Below are positions 63,709-64,000 of a stretch of DNA of 64,000 bases, piece after piece. The translations under genes were made by a program, and so were the position numbers. The first letter of the stretch is position 1, and each line of letters starts with the position of its first letter. The DNA lies in contig CAZKBG010000001.1 in NCBI GenBank assembly GCA_964551375.1, positions 490,833-554,832 on the forward strand. The letters are read 5' to 3'. The DNA comes from an uncultured archaeon. GTDB lineage: Archaea > Iainarchaeota > Iainarchaeia > Iainarchaeales > JAAZKV01. The notes beneath the pieces are model-generated. The model ran no database searches and was not told the origin of the DNA. It worked only from the letters and a program-made list of their open reading frames with translations.

Positions 63709-64000
63709 ATGATTATCGTAAGCGCATGCCTTGCAGGATACCACTGCACATACAAAGGAGGCAGCGCGCCCGCAAAGCATGTAATTGAACTTGTGAAGCA
63801 GGGGAAAGCGGTTCCTGTGTGCCCTGAACAACTCGCGGGCTTTGGAACACCAAGACTTGACGCTGAAATAAAAGACGGGAGAGTATATGAACTTGGCGGA
63901 AGAGACATTACAGAAATGTTTGAAAAAGGCGCGCAAGAAGTTCTGCGAATAGCAAAACAATATGGCTGCAAAGAAGCGATATTAAAAGCCCGCTCCCCAT
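63709..64000 (+). CDS. DUF523-like protein (YbbK-type), partial; runs off the window end
   Basis: Hand-translated MIIVSACLAGYHCTYKGG...VPVCPEQLAGFGTPR matches the DUF523 N-terminal pattern (SACLLG.PCRYDG ... CPE..GG.PTPR). The ORF-track minus-strand ORFs here are antisense artefacts. Confidence 0.5.
   Translation, partial: MIIVSACLAGYHCTYKGGSAPAKHVIELVKQGKAVPVCPEQLAGFGTPRLDAEIKDGRVYELGGRDITEMFEKGAQEVLRIAKQYGCKEAILKARSP

Noticed and set aside
63568-63971. Minus-strand ORFs 63568..63960 and 63693..63971
   Set aside because: Antisense to the nitroreductase gene and to the partial DUF523-like plus-strand gene, which both have recognisable motifs.
1-64000. CRISPR arrays, transposases, integrases, IS elements
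   Set aside because: No direct-repeat arrays with regular spacers were visible. No ORF had DDE transposase, tyrosine/serine recombinase or Cas motifs. The only compositionally foreign-looking gene is the HTH ORF at 54255..54722 (reported as a finding, not as a mobile element).

Overview
This window is an AT-rich archaeal chromosomal segment. Gene content is archaeal/eukaryote-like: class I LysRS, MCM, Topo VI, aIF1A/aIF2beta/aIF5A, exosome, proteasome, RpoP, Sm, and an intron-containing tRNA. Genes are tightly packed, often overlapping by a few nt, and many proteins end in Lys-rich tails. Together these suggest a small-genome (DPANN-like) archaeon, but that is inference only.

It is mostly a core informational region:
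- Three aminoacyl-tRNA synthetases (LysRS class I, TrpRS, SerRS) sit within about 10 kb. A tRNA-Trp lies 37 nt upstream of trpS.
- The canonical archaeal exosome-proteasome superoperon is complete on the minus strand: L15e, Rpp30, Pop5, PsmA, SBDS, Rrp4, Rrp41, Rrp42, L37ae, RpoP, Pcc1-like, prefoldin beta.
- There is a translation-factor/replication block: aIF5A, MCM, presenilin-like protease, aIF2beta, aIF1A, RIO kinase, KH/Dim2-like, Topo VI B and A, an Mre11-like nuclease.
- A copper-resistance locus follows: membrane-anchored regulator, CopZ-like chaperone, an HMA-membrane-cupredoxin fusion, and the CopA P-type ATPase.
- Two more tRNAs are present: Cys(GCA), and one carrying an 84-nt intron.

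The most unusual observations are:
1. The class I LysRS carries a roughly 218-aa C-terminal extension with B3/4-domain character.
2. A class-III-signal (archaeal pilin-like) protein with a LamG-like C-terminal domain is inserted into the conserved aIF2beta-aIF1A-Rio-Dim2 cluster.
3. Two separate tandem pairs of lineage-specific basic paralogs flank the tRNA-Trp/TrpRS unit.
4. A Sm, MinD/ParA and Roadblock module sits next to a 560-aa coiled-coil protein.
5. A ThiI-like system appears split into a THUMP half and a stand-alone PP-loop half.
6. An opposite-strand gene interrupts the exosome superoperon.

No CRISPR array, transposase or integrase was recognised.
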